A program made the position numbers and the translations under genes. Positions 19,298 through 28,238 of a stretch of DNA of 64,000 bases are shown in pieces. The DNA comes from an uncultured delta proteobacterium (lineage in GTDB: Bacteria; Desulfobacterota; Binatia; UBA9968). The notes beneath the pieces were generated by a model, which saw only the letters and a program-made list of their open reading frames with translations, had not been told where the DNA came from and did not search any database. How positions within the stretch are numbered: position 1 is the stretch's first letter; each line of letters begins with the position of its first letter. The stretch lies in assembly GCA_963771465.1 (NCBI GenBank), contig CAVYTU010000001.1:32001-96000 (forward strand), written 5' to 3'.

Positions 19298-20455
19298 CTA
19301 GAAATAGCGCCATAGCCACCATTTCTCAAAACCGATTTTAGCCCAGTAGATTAACTTTGAAGGACCCAGCGTTCTTGGGTCTGTTACTCCGAATGGCGGC
19401 CAGCCGGTCGGATAAGTCGTTCGATTTGCCGCGGCGCGTCCAGCGCCGAACGCCAGCAGTCATATGGTATGGAGCCATAGATCGACCGGCCGTCCTTTGC
19501 CGGTGATCTCGACGGCCAGATTCTGCGCCAGCACGTCGGCTTCTTGATGCGCCACGCCGCCGGCTTTTGACGCCGGCATATCGGCGCAATCGCCGATTGC
19601 GTAAACGTTGTCCCATTTGGTTTGCAACGTGTCGTAGTCAACGCGGATGCCCGTTTCCGTATCGGCGAGGCCGCTGTCGAGTAAAACCTGAGCCGGCCGA
19701 TGTGGCGGCACCATGACCAACAGATCGTAGGAAATATTGTAATTATACAAACCTTGGACGATTTTCTTTTCCGGATCGATGGCACGCACCACGAACTCAT
19801 AATTCTGCTTGATGCCGCGACGCTTGCTTTCCGCGTCCATCCACACGACCGGATCATGGGCTTCGCCAGTGGGCTCGGCCTCACGGGTAAAATACTCGAT
19901 CTCGACGCGATCGCGAATGCCTTTGTGACGGAAATAGCCGTCGAGCATCCACTGCGCCTCATAGGGCGCCGGCGGGCAGCGATAAGGACCAAGCGGTACG
20001 CCGACAACTACCCTGCCACCGCGAAAACTCGCCAGGCTGTCACGCAAGCGAACCGCTGACTCCATTTCCCAAGGATGCTGCGACGATTCGGCGAAGCCAG
20101 AAACCAAATCGGGTCGCGTCTGCAAGCCGAGAGAAACGATGAGATAGTCGTAGCTTATTTTTTCTTTTTCCAGGGCGATTTCTTGGCGCACGGGATCGAT
20201 GCCGTTGATCTCAGATTGAACTACTCTAACGTTGCGTTTTTCGAGAATTTTTAGACTGCGGCTGATATCGTGCGGCTGGCGCTCGCCGAGCATGACAAAA
20301 AGAAATGCCGGCATAAAAATATGATCAGGGCGGCGGTCGATTAGAATAACGTCATGATCGGCGCCGAGCTTGCGACCCAACTGCGTCGCGGCCACGACAC
20401 CGCCGCAGCCGCCGCCCAAAATGACGATTTTCTTGCGTCGCGATAAAAGTTGCAT
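19298..20455 (-). CDS. Sulfide:quinone oxidoreductase-like flavoprotein (type III-like), probable selenoprotein with UGA at 19460-19462
   Basis: Motifs GGGCGG, CPPAPYE, VYAIGD and KAGGVAHQEA. Reading through the TGA adds LLAFGAGRAA...PSKLIYWAKIGFEKWWLWRYF*, the normal SQR-type C-terminus, giving 385 aa. Confidence 0.85.
19427..19458 (-). promoter_or_regulatory. Candidate bacterial SECIS hairpin
   Basis: Directly 3' of the UGA: lower stem UGCUG/CGGCA, upper stem GCGUUCG/UGGACGC, and a G-initiated loop GCGC. Confidence 0.55.
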
Positions 20456-20463
20456 GTCGAAAA

Positions 20464-20670
20464 TTACGCCAGGTTTTCCTTGTCGCCGAAGCGCTGCTTT
20501 GAGCGTTGAGCCAAGCCTTGCAGGTTTCTCAATCGCTGCTCGCGCCAGAGCCTCTGTTCTTTTTTACCGTCGGCAGTGAGCTCTTTGCCGAAACCGGAGG
20601 TCGAGCGCAAAAGCCAAATCATCAGCTTGTCAGAAAGGTCTTTAATCCATTCCATAAGGTTCATCCGCAC
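20464..20670 (-). CDS. Small hypothetical protein
   Basis: 68-aa ORF filling the gap between the aldolase and SQR genes and ending 8 bp before the SQR start. Amphipathic N-terminus. Confidence 0.45.
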   Translation of the reverse strand: MRMNLMEWIKDLSDKLMIWLLRSTSGFGKELTADGKKEQRLWREQRLRNLQGLAQRSKQRFGDKENLA

Positions 20671-20719
20671 ACACTTCGGCAGGTTAGAAATCTAGCGGGC
20701 ATTATTACCGATTATTAAG

Positions 20720-21688
20720 CTATCTGAGGAAAGTATCGATTTGCCTTAGCTTTTCGCTGGCATCGAGCAAACCTTGCGGGGTTGGGCCCGCTTCGCCGAT
20801 CAGTCCGACTTGACGCAGAAACTGACCGATCTGTTCATGGTCGCGCGGACTGACAGGCGTGTAAGGACGGCAGGGATTACCGATATCGACGCCGAAATGT
20901 TTCATCGCCGACTTCATCACCGGCGGCAAGCCATAGGCGCCCCACTTGCCCGGGAACAAGGCATAGCAGCGTGCCCAAAAGCGCGCCGTGTCCAGATCGC
21001 CGGCGCGAAATGCTTTGACGATCTGCGCGCCGATACGAGTGCCTGGAGGCGGCATGGTCGCACCCGATCCACCGAGCATCAACGTCACCAGCAACGGCTG
21101 CATTGTCGTGAAATAATGGCCGCGGCCAGCGAGCTCGATTTGCTCGATCAATCGCGAGATTTTCGTAATGTCCCGTGAGCTTTCCTTGAAGTAACGAATA
21201 TTATCGATCTCGCTGATCTTGACGAAGGCATCCTGCGGCGGATCGGCGCCTGGCCCGGGATTGTGATAGCAAGTAACCGGCAACGGACTCGCCGACGCCA
21301 CTTGGGTGTAGAACTCCATCAGCTCCGCGATGGTCGGTTGCCCGCCCCAGGGGCGAAGCGGCATCAGCACTTGAATAAAATCGCCGCCCACTTTCGCCGA
21401 GTAGTCGGCCAGTTCGATGACTTCGCGTGGCGCCGGGCTGGAGCAACCGAGTATCACGGGAACACGTTTGGCGATCATTTCGGTGGCGACTTTGAGAACT
21501 TCTTTGCGCTCGTCGCGCGACAGCATTGTGTATTCGGCCGCCTCGACCGCGGCGACGGTGATCGCGTCGCAGTCAGGCACGAGAAATTCAATTTCTTTTT
21601 CGAGCGCCTTGTAGTCGATCCGATCCTGTTCGTCGAAAGGCGTCAGGCATGCGCCGATGATCCCGCTGATGGGTTTGGTTGTTGCCAT
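20720..21688 (-). CDS. Dihydrodipicolinate synthase/class I aldolase family protein
   Basis: Motifs LTPFD, RVPVILG, CYHNP (Tyr) and YFKESS (Schiff-base Lys). The GTTGE motif is replaced by AVEAAE. Confidence 0.85.
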   Translation of the reverse strand: MATTKPISGIIGACLTPFDEQDRIDYKALEKEIEFLVPDCDAITVAAVEAAEYTMLSRDERKEVLKVATEMIAKRVPVILGCSSPAPREVIELADYSAKVGGDFIQVLMPLRPWGGQPTIAELMEFYTQVASASPLPVTCYHNPGPGADPPQDAFVKISEIDNIRYFKESSRDITKISRLIEQIELAGRGHYFTTMQPLLVTLMLGGSGATMPPPGTRIGAQIVKAFRAGDLDTARFWARCYALFPGKWGAYGLPPVMKSAMKHFGVDIGNPCRPYTPVSPRDHEQIGQFLRQVGLIGEAGPTPQGLLDASEKLRQIDTFLR

Positions 21689-21692
21689 AACG

Positions 21693-22349
21693 CTAATTCA
21701 AAACTTCCGCGATGATGCGCGCGTGGCCGGCATCGCTGCCTTTGATGCGTAGCGGCAGCGCCATGATGCGCGTGCGTTTGCCGATGATGCTGCCGATATT
21801 GGTGACGTTCTCCGCGATCAAGACATTATTGCCGAGCAGTGTGCGATGCACCGGAAAATCAAATCCCTTGGGTCTCAGCGGCGTCGGCAGATCGACGGTG
21901 ATGCAATCGATGCCGAACATCTTGATGCCCTTCTTGACCATCCATTCGGCGGCGTCGACGGAAAGATAAGGATGCAGATTGTAATCCGGGCTATCGAACT
22001 TCTCGTCCCAGCCTGTGTGAAGCATGAGAATATCGCCGCGATTGACCTCGACCCCGGACGATTCGAAATCCTTGGCCGTCACTTCTTCGCCGCCGTTCTT
22101 CTTCACGCTGACCACCGCGCCGGTGCCGACGAAGGCGTCTATGGGCAATTCGTCGATCGATTTGCCATTGGCAACGATGTGAATCGGCGCGTCGACGTGA
22201 GTGCCGGCGTGGCACGGCAACGAGAGTTCCGTCACGTTCAGCGGATGGCCCTTTTCCAAGCTCAAAAATTTTGTTACATGAACATCCGGTAAGATCGGAA
22301 TCTTCGGCATGCCGTCATAAATCACCCTAGATAGATCGATCATTTCCAT
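21693..22349 (-). CDS. Cyclase / kynurenine formamidase family metal hydrolase
   Basis: Motifs IDLS, HAGTHVDAPIH, LHTGW and IAEN. Confidence 0.92.
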   Translation of the reverse strand: MEMIDLSRVIYDGMPKIPILPDVHVTKFLSLEKGHPLNVTELSLPCHAGTHVDAPIHIVANGKSIDELPIDAFVGTGAVVSVKKNGGEEVTAKDFESSGVEVNRGDILMLHTGWDEKFDSPDYNLHPYLSVDAAEWMVKKGIKMFGIDCITVDLPTPLRPKGFDFPVHRTLLGNNVLIAENVTNIGSIIGKRTRIMALPLRIKGSDAGHARIIAEVLN

Positions 22350-22365
22350 GGCCGATTCTCCTTCG

Positions 22366-23106
22366 TCATTTTCCCCCGCGCCAGCGCGCGTAGAGAGGAT
22401 CTTTATCGACAAACGCGCGCTTGATACCGTCGAAGGCGAGCCAAAACTGATCCAACGTCTTCTGCACCGAAGCGCGCACGGCGACCTGCTGCGGTTCGCT
22501 TACTGCATAACGTTCCACAGCTAGCGGTCCAACTTTCATATGTTCTTCGTCGACACCCATATGCAAAGTCCAGTAGCGAATATCTTCAGACTCGCGATTG
22601 AAACCGTAATGCTTGGTGAGCCCATTGACGATGCGAGTCATGCGCTCGTTCGCAGTTCCTTCGAGGCAGAATCCCTGACACGCATATAGCTCCAACCAAC
22701 TGCGTTGGAACATCAACAATTCGCGCCAATCGAGAAAGGCTTGGGTCTCGGGAGTCGGCTCAACCCGATCGAGCTCTTCTTTGCTCCAGCCACCGGCTTT
22801 GGCGAAACGAATGAAAAGCTGCTTATGGCTATCGGTTCCAGTGATCTCCCCTGTCCCCTCCTCGACAACATTCTCAATCCACATCTTTTCCAACTCGGGA
22901 TCGTCAGGACAGCGCGCCAGCATCGCCGCGATCGGTTTCGGAAAGGGTTTTGGGAAGAACAAATAAAACTGTCCAATGAAACCCTTGAGCGCATCGCGAT
23001 CGAGTTTGCCTTCCTCGATCATGGCGATAATCGGATGATCCTTCGAATGCTTAGCGCGCACTATCTGCTGGATCTCTTTAATAAACTCCGTGCTCGATTT
23101 TGCCAT
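22366..23106 (-). CDS. Heme-oxygenase-like diiron (TenA/PqqC/CADD) protein
   Basis: Ligand pattern EE...H (VVEEGTGEITGTDSH), LEG and HMGVDEEH. Confidence 0.8.
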   Translation of the reverse strand: MAKSSTEFIKEIQQIVRAKHSKDHPIIAMIEEGKLDRDALKGFIGQFYLFFPKPFPKPIAAMLARCPDDPELEKMWIENVVEEGTGEITGTDSHKQLFIRFAKAGGWSKEELDRVEPTPETQAFLDWRELLMFQRSWLELYACQGFCLEGTANERMTRIVNGLTKHYGFNRESEDIRYWTLHMGVDEEHMKVGPLAVERYAVSEPQQVAVRASVQKTLDQFWLAFDGIKRAFVDKDPLYARWRGGK

Positions 23107-23550
23107 GAAGCTTAACTCCCAAAATTAACCGCCTGTTGCAACGACCCGGCAAGCTTTGAACTCACGGGATGAGAACTAGTAATCCGTCGTGCCAAATTGC
23201 TGGATAGTATGAACTCTTACCACAAGGGAAAATCAGAGAAAAGCGAGTCGCCGCAATTGTTATTCCCGCGCTAATCGGCGCGCTGGACTCTATCGTGACT
23301 GAGCTCCGTTCTTAACTTAAGATTGCGGCGCAAGCTGAAATTAAAAAACTACTGTTGCCGTTATCGTCCGAGCGGTCCATCCCATCAAACCAAGTTCATA
23401 CATTAGACAACTATCATAGTGGCAGATTACCAGAGTGATCACCGCACCTACGTAAAAATAACCTGCGAGCGGGTAAAGATTGCTCTAGGGTCGACCCATC
23501 GAAGCGTGTAAGTCGTTGTATCATCGCGACTTGGTTATTTCTCCTGTTAT

Positions 23551-23566
23551 CGGTCCAAGTTTTGCT
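23551..23566 (+). promoter_or_regulatory. Candidate sigma54 -24/-12 element
   Basis: CGGTCCAAGTTTTGCT (GG-N10-GC with TTGC), about 45 bp upstream of 23611. Confidence 0.35.
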
Positions 23567-23610
23567 CAACAAATGCCTATAGCGCTCGATAGAAAAGGGG
23601 ATCGTTCGAG

Positions 23611-23841
23611 ATGACCAATAGCGAAATTGCCGACGCTTGGGCGGAACACTACCCCAAACGCCACGATCGGCAGGTTTCGCAGCAGGTTTGCACTCTGATC
23701 AGTGAATTGGTCCGCGCCAAAAGCAACTTGGACTCATCATACATTAGCCCTGGGTTCAGGGTTATCGTCGTATTGGATACGATTGGAATTCCGGGAGAAC
23801 AATTCGAGACAGTCAAAGGCGAAGAAACCGCACGTCGTTAA
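23611..23841 (+). CDS. Small hypothetical protein (WAxx[YF]PKRHD family)
   Basis: AGGGG RBS. Homologous along its length to the convergent ORF at 23995-24237. Confidence 0.7.
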   Translation: MTNSEIADAWAEHYPKRHDRQVSQQVCTLISELVRAKSNLDSSYISPGFRVIVVLDTIGIPGEQFETVKGEETARR

Positions 23842-23994
23842 ACTCTCGGGTGATGTACTTCTTTTTCTCTGTTTTTTTGGTGGCAAAGGGACCGAAAGCT
23901 TTCGGTAAAATCCCCAACAAGCTTCGCAGTACTCAGGACGAACGAAAAACAATTCGGACGTAGGAAAAATTGCATTCGTCGGTACGCGCCTCCA

Positions 23995-24237
23995 TCACAA
24001 GAATGCGTCCTCGGTTTCTTTTGCAAACTCAAAGAACTCGTCCTTGGGAACTTTGAAATGCCCGAGAGCGTGATGGAGTTTATCCGACCAAGAGCCGTAG
24101 GGTATTATCTTATTCGCTCGTCCGGTAATGATGTAATACATCGTAGCGCAGACGGTCTTCGAGCGTTCACTGTCGTGACGTTTGGGGAAGTTTATCGCCC
24201 ATAGGCGTGCGACTTCCTCGTCGGCGATTTGGACCAT
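23995..24237 (-). CDS. Small hypothetical protein (WAxx[YF]PKRHD family)
   Basis: GAGGAG RBS. Homologous to 23611-23841. Confidence 0.72.
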   Translation of the reverse strand: MVQIADEEVARLWAINFPKRHDSERSKTVCATMYYIITGRANKIIPYGSWSDKLHHALGHFKVPKDEFFEFAKETEDAFL

Positions 24238-24294
24238 GCACTCCTCAGTCGCTTTAACGTGCTCGTTTCGCCACTCCTTATAACATAGCTGGCC

Positions 24295-24310
24295 GGCAAG
24301 AAAGCAACCG
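24295..24310 (-). promoter_or_regulatory. Candidate sigma54 -24/-12 element
   Basis: CGGTTGCTTTCTTGCC on the minus strand (GG-N10-GC with TTGC), upstream of 24237. Confidence 0.35.
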
Positions 24311-24351
24311 CATTCTTCAGATATCGGAGATCTTTCTAGTGAGGCAACAAC

Positions 24352-24379
24352 AAAAAAGCCCTTGATTTCTCAAGGGCTT
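24352..24379 (-). terminator. Rho-independent terminator
   Basis: AAGCCCTTGA-GAAA-TCAAGGGCTT, a 10-bp stem running into a U-tract on the minus strand. Confidence 0.75.
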
Positions 24380-24384
24380 GAAAG

Positions 24385-24430
24385 TGGATCGAGTGATCGG
24401 GTCGAACCGATGATCTTCTATTTAGCAAAC
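24385..24430 (-). pseudogene. Degenerate tRNA 3' half (Gly-like), possible att-site scar
   Basis: Minus strand GTTTGCTAAATAGAAGATC-ATCGG-TTCGAC-CCGAT-CACTCGA-TCCA shows a T-arm, a TCCA end and an anticodon-loop-like TTGCTAA. No 5' half is visible. Confidence 0.55.
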
Positions 24431-24896
24431 ACAAAAAGCATGGGAAGCGACGATGAAAGTTCTTTTGAATCAACCCAGAGATTCGCTGCTCTTCCCTCTT
24501 GCTACTGACAAAAAGTGAAAACTTTTTCAGTTTTCTACCGGTCAGTGAATCCAAAAAAGCCGCTATCGCATGCATACTGATCATTGTCATCGGTTCCCCT
24601 GTCATCGCAGAGCGAATTCTTAAGATTGAACGGTAGGAGGTACCGTTACGGTTCAGTGAATTGGTTCGTAGGAAATAGTTTTCAATTATTTACCTGACCT
24701 TCCAGATGAGCGGCCGTCGGACATGGCTCCGCCCCTTTCGAACCCACAGCAGGGCGCTCGATGCTTCAATGCAAAATACTGTTAGTTAGTTGGGGACTGC
24801 CGGGCGGTTGCCGGCAGGTGAGAAACCAGGTGGGAAGAGGACACTCGCGCAGTTCGATACCCACGGAACAAAAAGAACGCGCGCCAAACGGGCGGC

Positions 24897-26474
24897 TTAG
24901 TCGATGACGATCCGATTACGTACTTCCTTGACGCCGGGAACGCTCAGCGCGGCGCGCACCGCGGCCAACTTCTGGCGCGGCGAGGCTACCCGGCCTTCAA
25001 GATATACCAAACCATCATCGACCCGGGACACTTGCACACCGAGAATGGCGCGATCGTGAATTGCCTTGTAAATTTCAAGTTCCAATCGTTGTTCTAACAC
25101 GGCGGCATCGCCCGATGATCGCACCGGCGTAGATGATTTTATGATTGCGCGTTTGTTGGCCGCGACTTGGGACGACGACTTCGCTGGCGTCTCGACTTTT
25201 CGATCGCTCCCTGGTGTGGCTGTGCCGTCGTGGCCCAAAACAACGTCGGAGTCTGCATGGTTGTTCAAGCTTTCCGTAAGCGGCGCTGTCTCGGGCGAAA
25301 TTTCTGTTGGATTCGGTGTCAGCGCCTGTGCCGGTCGCGCGCTTCCATTGGCACGGCCGAAGCCCGTCCAATGTTCAAAGTAAGCACTGATGGCCGGTAG
25401 CGACAACAACTTTTCCTGCACAGCGAAGAACAGCAACGTGCCGATCAGCAGAGACAAGACGAAAATACTGGCATAATTCCGCGTATGCACGGCGCGACGT
25501 TTGCGGGAGTGAGCAGAGCGGTAACCCATGTCCATCACCAACGGTTCGAACTGCGGTGCCGTGTCGATTGCGCTCGGCGGCCTTTCCCAAACCGGGCGAA
25601 ACTCCTGCGCGCGAGCCCCCTGGGTCGCTGAGCCAACTTCGGCAGCAACCGGCACTTCGGAAATATCGACGAGTTGCAGTTCTTGCGCCGCCTCAACGAT
25701 GTCGTCCACCGACACCCAGCGGCGTCCAGCGGCGCAGGCGATCAACAACGCATTATCGCAGATAACGTTGACAAGCCGAGGTATCCCTTTCGAATAGCGC
25801 GCAATCCGTTTGACGCACTCGCTGTCGAATAAGTCGCGGCGCGTGTACTTAACCGTCTTCAATCGCGAAGCGATGTATAAACCGACGTCGCTTTCCTCCA
25901 AGGGGCGGATTCGGCAGCGCAGCGCCACCCGCTGTTTAAGCTGGACTAGTTCGGGACGATCCAATTTTTCCACCAAACCCGGCTGACCGACTAGAATAAT
26001 TTGGATCAGCTTTTCGGTATCGGTTTCGAGGTTAGAAAGCAGCCGCAACTCTTCGAGCATCGTGATGCTCATGCTTTGGGCTTCGTCGACCATGAGGGTG
26101 ACGATGTGACCTTTTTCGAGCTGCTCGATCAGAAAATCATACAACTGCATCATCATGGACAACCGGTCACCGTCGGCTACGGGAGTCATACCCAAATCGC
26201 GCAACACGCCACGCAAAAGCTCGAGGAAGCTAAGATGTGGATCAAATACGCAGGCGCTGTGAACATGGGTTTCGAGGCTATTGATCAGCCGTTTCAAAAC
26301 CGTCGTTTTGCCGGTACCCGCTTCACCAGTGACGACAATAAAACCTTTGCGCGCGTCGATTCCATAACGCACCGTGGCGAAGGCTTCTTCATAACACGAG
26401 TTGACGAAGAAAAATCGCGAATCCGGAGTGACATTGAATGGTGATTCGCTAAATCCGAAGTGTTCGTTGTACAT
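24897..26474 (-). CDS. ExeA/GspA-family AAA ATPase with TM helix and C-terminal BON domain
   Basis: MYNEHFGFSESPF, GEAGTGKT, VDEAQ, LVGQP and GIPRLVNVICDNALL. C-terminal VYLEGRV...ALSVPGVKEVRNRI. Confidence 0.88.
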   Translation of the reverse strand: MYNEHFGFSESPFNVTPDSRFFFVNSCYEEAFATVRYGIDARKGFIVVTGEAGTGKTTVLKRLINSLETHVHSACVFDPHLSFLELLRGVLRDLGMTPVADGDRLSMMMQLYDFLIEQLEKGHIVTLMVDEAQSMSITMLEELRLLSNLETDTEKLIQIILVGQPGLVEKLDRPELVQLKQRVALRCRIRPLEESDVGLYIASRLKTVKYTRRDLFDSECVKRIARYSKGIPRLVNVICDNALLIACAAGRRWVSVDDIVEAAQELQLVDISEVPVAAEVGSATQGARAQEFRPVWERPPSAIDTAPQFEPLVMDMGYRSAHSRKRRAVHTRNYASIFVLSLLIGTLLFFAVQEKLLSLPAISAYFEHWTGFGRANGSARPAQALTPNPTEISPETAPLTESLNNHADSDVVLGHDGTATPGSDRKVETPAKSSSQVAANKRAIIKSSTPVRSSGDAAVLEQRLELEIYKAIHDRAILGVQVSRVDDGLVYLEGRVASPRQKLAAVRAALSVPGVKEVRNRIVID

Positions 26475-26530
26475 ATGACTTAAGGATATTGATTTTGGTT
26501 TATAGTTTTCAGTTTCAGTCGAGCTGCTCA

Positions 26531-28141
26531 TTACTTAAGCCGTTCAAAAAACGCATCTTCTTTATGGACGTAGCCCTCGGCGATTCCCCTCTCCCGCGAT
26601 CGTATCAGCATATAATCGCCGCGCCGCTCGACCAATTGAATACGTGTGCCGGCGTGCAGGGTCGTGACGATATCGGCTTCCGATGTCGGTTGTTTGCGCA
26701 CGAAGGAATCGTCAACGACCAGGTAATCGATAAGTGCCCGATTGGCGGATGCGGTATTCACCCGCTCGTTATCGCCGTGCCGGACATTTTTTGAGCGGGT
26801 CTGGGGCGTCACGAGATCTGGTGTGGACGAAAAGTCGGAACTGGCAATGCTGTCGCGCTCACGAGTCATCGGCAGGCGACTTTGGTTTGCCGGAACTGGC
26901 GCGGGCGTTTGTCGCCGTGGCACGGGAATCTCGATCCTTACATCATCGGCGCTTTCTTCGCGCGCTATGAACACCCGGTAAATCCGCCCCGGAAGCGGCG
27001 CAATCACTTGTGTCACCCTGGTAAGATTAGCGCTCATCGGTTCAAATGAATCAGGCCTCTGCTGTGTCGCGATCACCCCGGCGATGATCAATGCAAGTAT
27101 GGCGAATCCTAATATCAGCCCTGCCCTTTTGCTCTCGGGGGGGCCGGATAGCTCGGGACGTGCCTGTGGAACAATCGGCGGCACGGTCGTGATATCCGAC
27201 CGCGAAAACTCCTCGGCTCGATCATCGGCCATTTCATCAATGACCGTTAGTACGCGATTGTCCACCGGAACGGCCGCGCTCCGTGCCCCCGGCAGCGTCG
27301 GCTCTTTCAGCGCCCAAGGCATCCTATGAGCTGGCAATACGGCAAGTTGTAAATCCTCTGCGACTTCGTCGATAGTTTCGACTCCAACGTGGCGCTGCGA
27401 CGTGGCGCATGCGATCAGCAGAGCGTTATCGCAAATAACATTGATCAGCCGAGGAATGCCAGATGAAAATGCCGTGATCCGTTTGATCGCCGGCGTTCTA
27501 AAAATCGTCTCCCCGCTGTATCCTGCCACCCGCAACCGGTATTCGATATAAGAACGAATCTCTTCACTCTCCAGCGCCCGTAGCTTGGAGCGCAGCGTCA
27601 CGCGTTGCCTGAGATCAAACGACGGCGTTGATAATCGCGTGTCGAGGAGCGGCTGACCGACCAACACGACCTGCAAAAGCCGCTCGTCGTTCTTTTGGAG
27701 ATCCGAAAGCAGCCCTAGTTCATCGAGCATCGCATCGTCGAGATCCTGGGCTTCGTCGAGTAGCAGCGTGACGATGCAGTTCTGTTCGTGTTGATTGACG
27801 AGATAGCTGTTAAGTTCCTGCACCATCGTCACGCGATCGGGAGAGCACGGTGACAAACCAAAGGCGCCCAAGGCGCACTGCAACAATTCACCAAAAGTCA
27901 CATGGGGGTCGAGAATGCACGCTGTATGCACACGACTGGGAGAGTTCTGAATGAAACGCTTGAGCAGCGTGGTTTTACCGGTACCGGCTTCGCCTGTGAT
28001 GACGATTATCCCCTTGCGCTGCTCGATACCGTGGCAGAGCGTCGCGAATGCCTCCTGAAGCGACGCGTTGAGGAAAAAAAATCGCGGGTCAGGAGTCAGA
28101 TTGAAAGGCGATTCGCGTAGATTGAAATAGTCCTCGTACAT
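26531..28141 (-). CDS. ExeA/GspA-family AAA ATPase with TM helix and C-terminal SH3-like domain
   Basis: MYEDYFNLRESPF, GEAGTGKT, LDEAQ and GIPRLINVICDNALL. C-terminal VRKQPT...GYVHK. Confidence 0.88.
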   Translation of the reverse strand: MYEDYFNLRESPFNLTPDPRFFFLNASLQEAFATLCHGIEQRKGIIVITGEAGTGKTTLLKRFIQNSPSRVHTACILDPHVTFGELLQCALGAFGLSPCSPDRVTMVQELNSYLVNQHEQNCIVTLLLDEAQDLDDAMLDELGLLSDLQKNDERLLQVVLVGQPLLDTRLSTPSFDLRQRVTLRSKLRALESEEIRSYIEYRLRVAGYSGETIFRTPAIKRITAFSSGIPRLINVICDNALLIACATSQRHVGVETIDEVAEDLQLAVLPAHRMPWALKEPTLPGARSAAVPVDNRVLTVIDEMADDRAEEFSRSDITTVPPIVPQARPELSGPPESKRAGLILGFAILALIIAGVIATQQRPDSFEPMSANLTRVTQVIAPLPGRIYRVFIAREESADDVRIEIPVPRRQTPAPVPANQSRLPMTRERDSIASSDFSSTPDLVTPQTRSKNVRHGDNERVNTASANRALIDYLVVDDSFVRKQPTSEADIVTTLHAGTRIQLVERRGDYMLIRSRERGIAEGYVHKEDAFFERLK

Positions 28142-28238
28142 TGTCGTGTGCCGCGCTATGAGTATCGGTCGTGACGACGATCTAAAGGCGCATTAAATTG
28201 TGGAATTTGGTGACGGCCAGAGTAGGACGGACTGCCGG

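Noticed and set aside
19460-19462. Treating the TGA as the true SQR stop or a nonsense mutation
   Set aside because: The downstream frame is intact and family-like, and a hairpin follows. Sec is the better explanation, pending a read check.
23178-23196. sigma54-like TGGCAC upstream of the diiron gene
   Set aside because: The -12 element is TTAC and is off by one base. Spacing is strict for sigma54.
24431-24896. Riboswitch or ncRNA in the long intergenic region (also 29766-30140)
   Set aside because: Short hairpins exist, but I could not match any consensus. An Rfam/Infernal scan would be needed.
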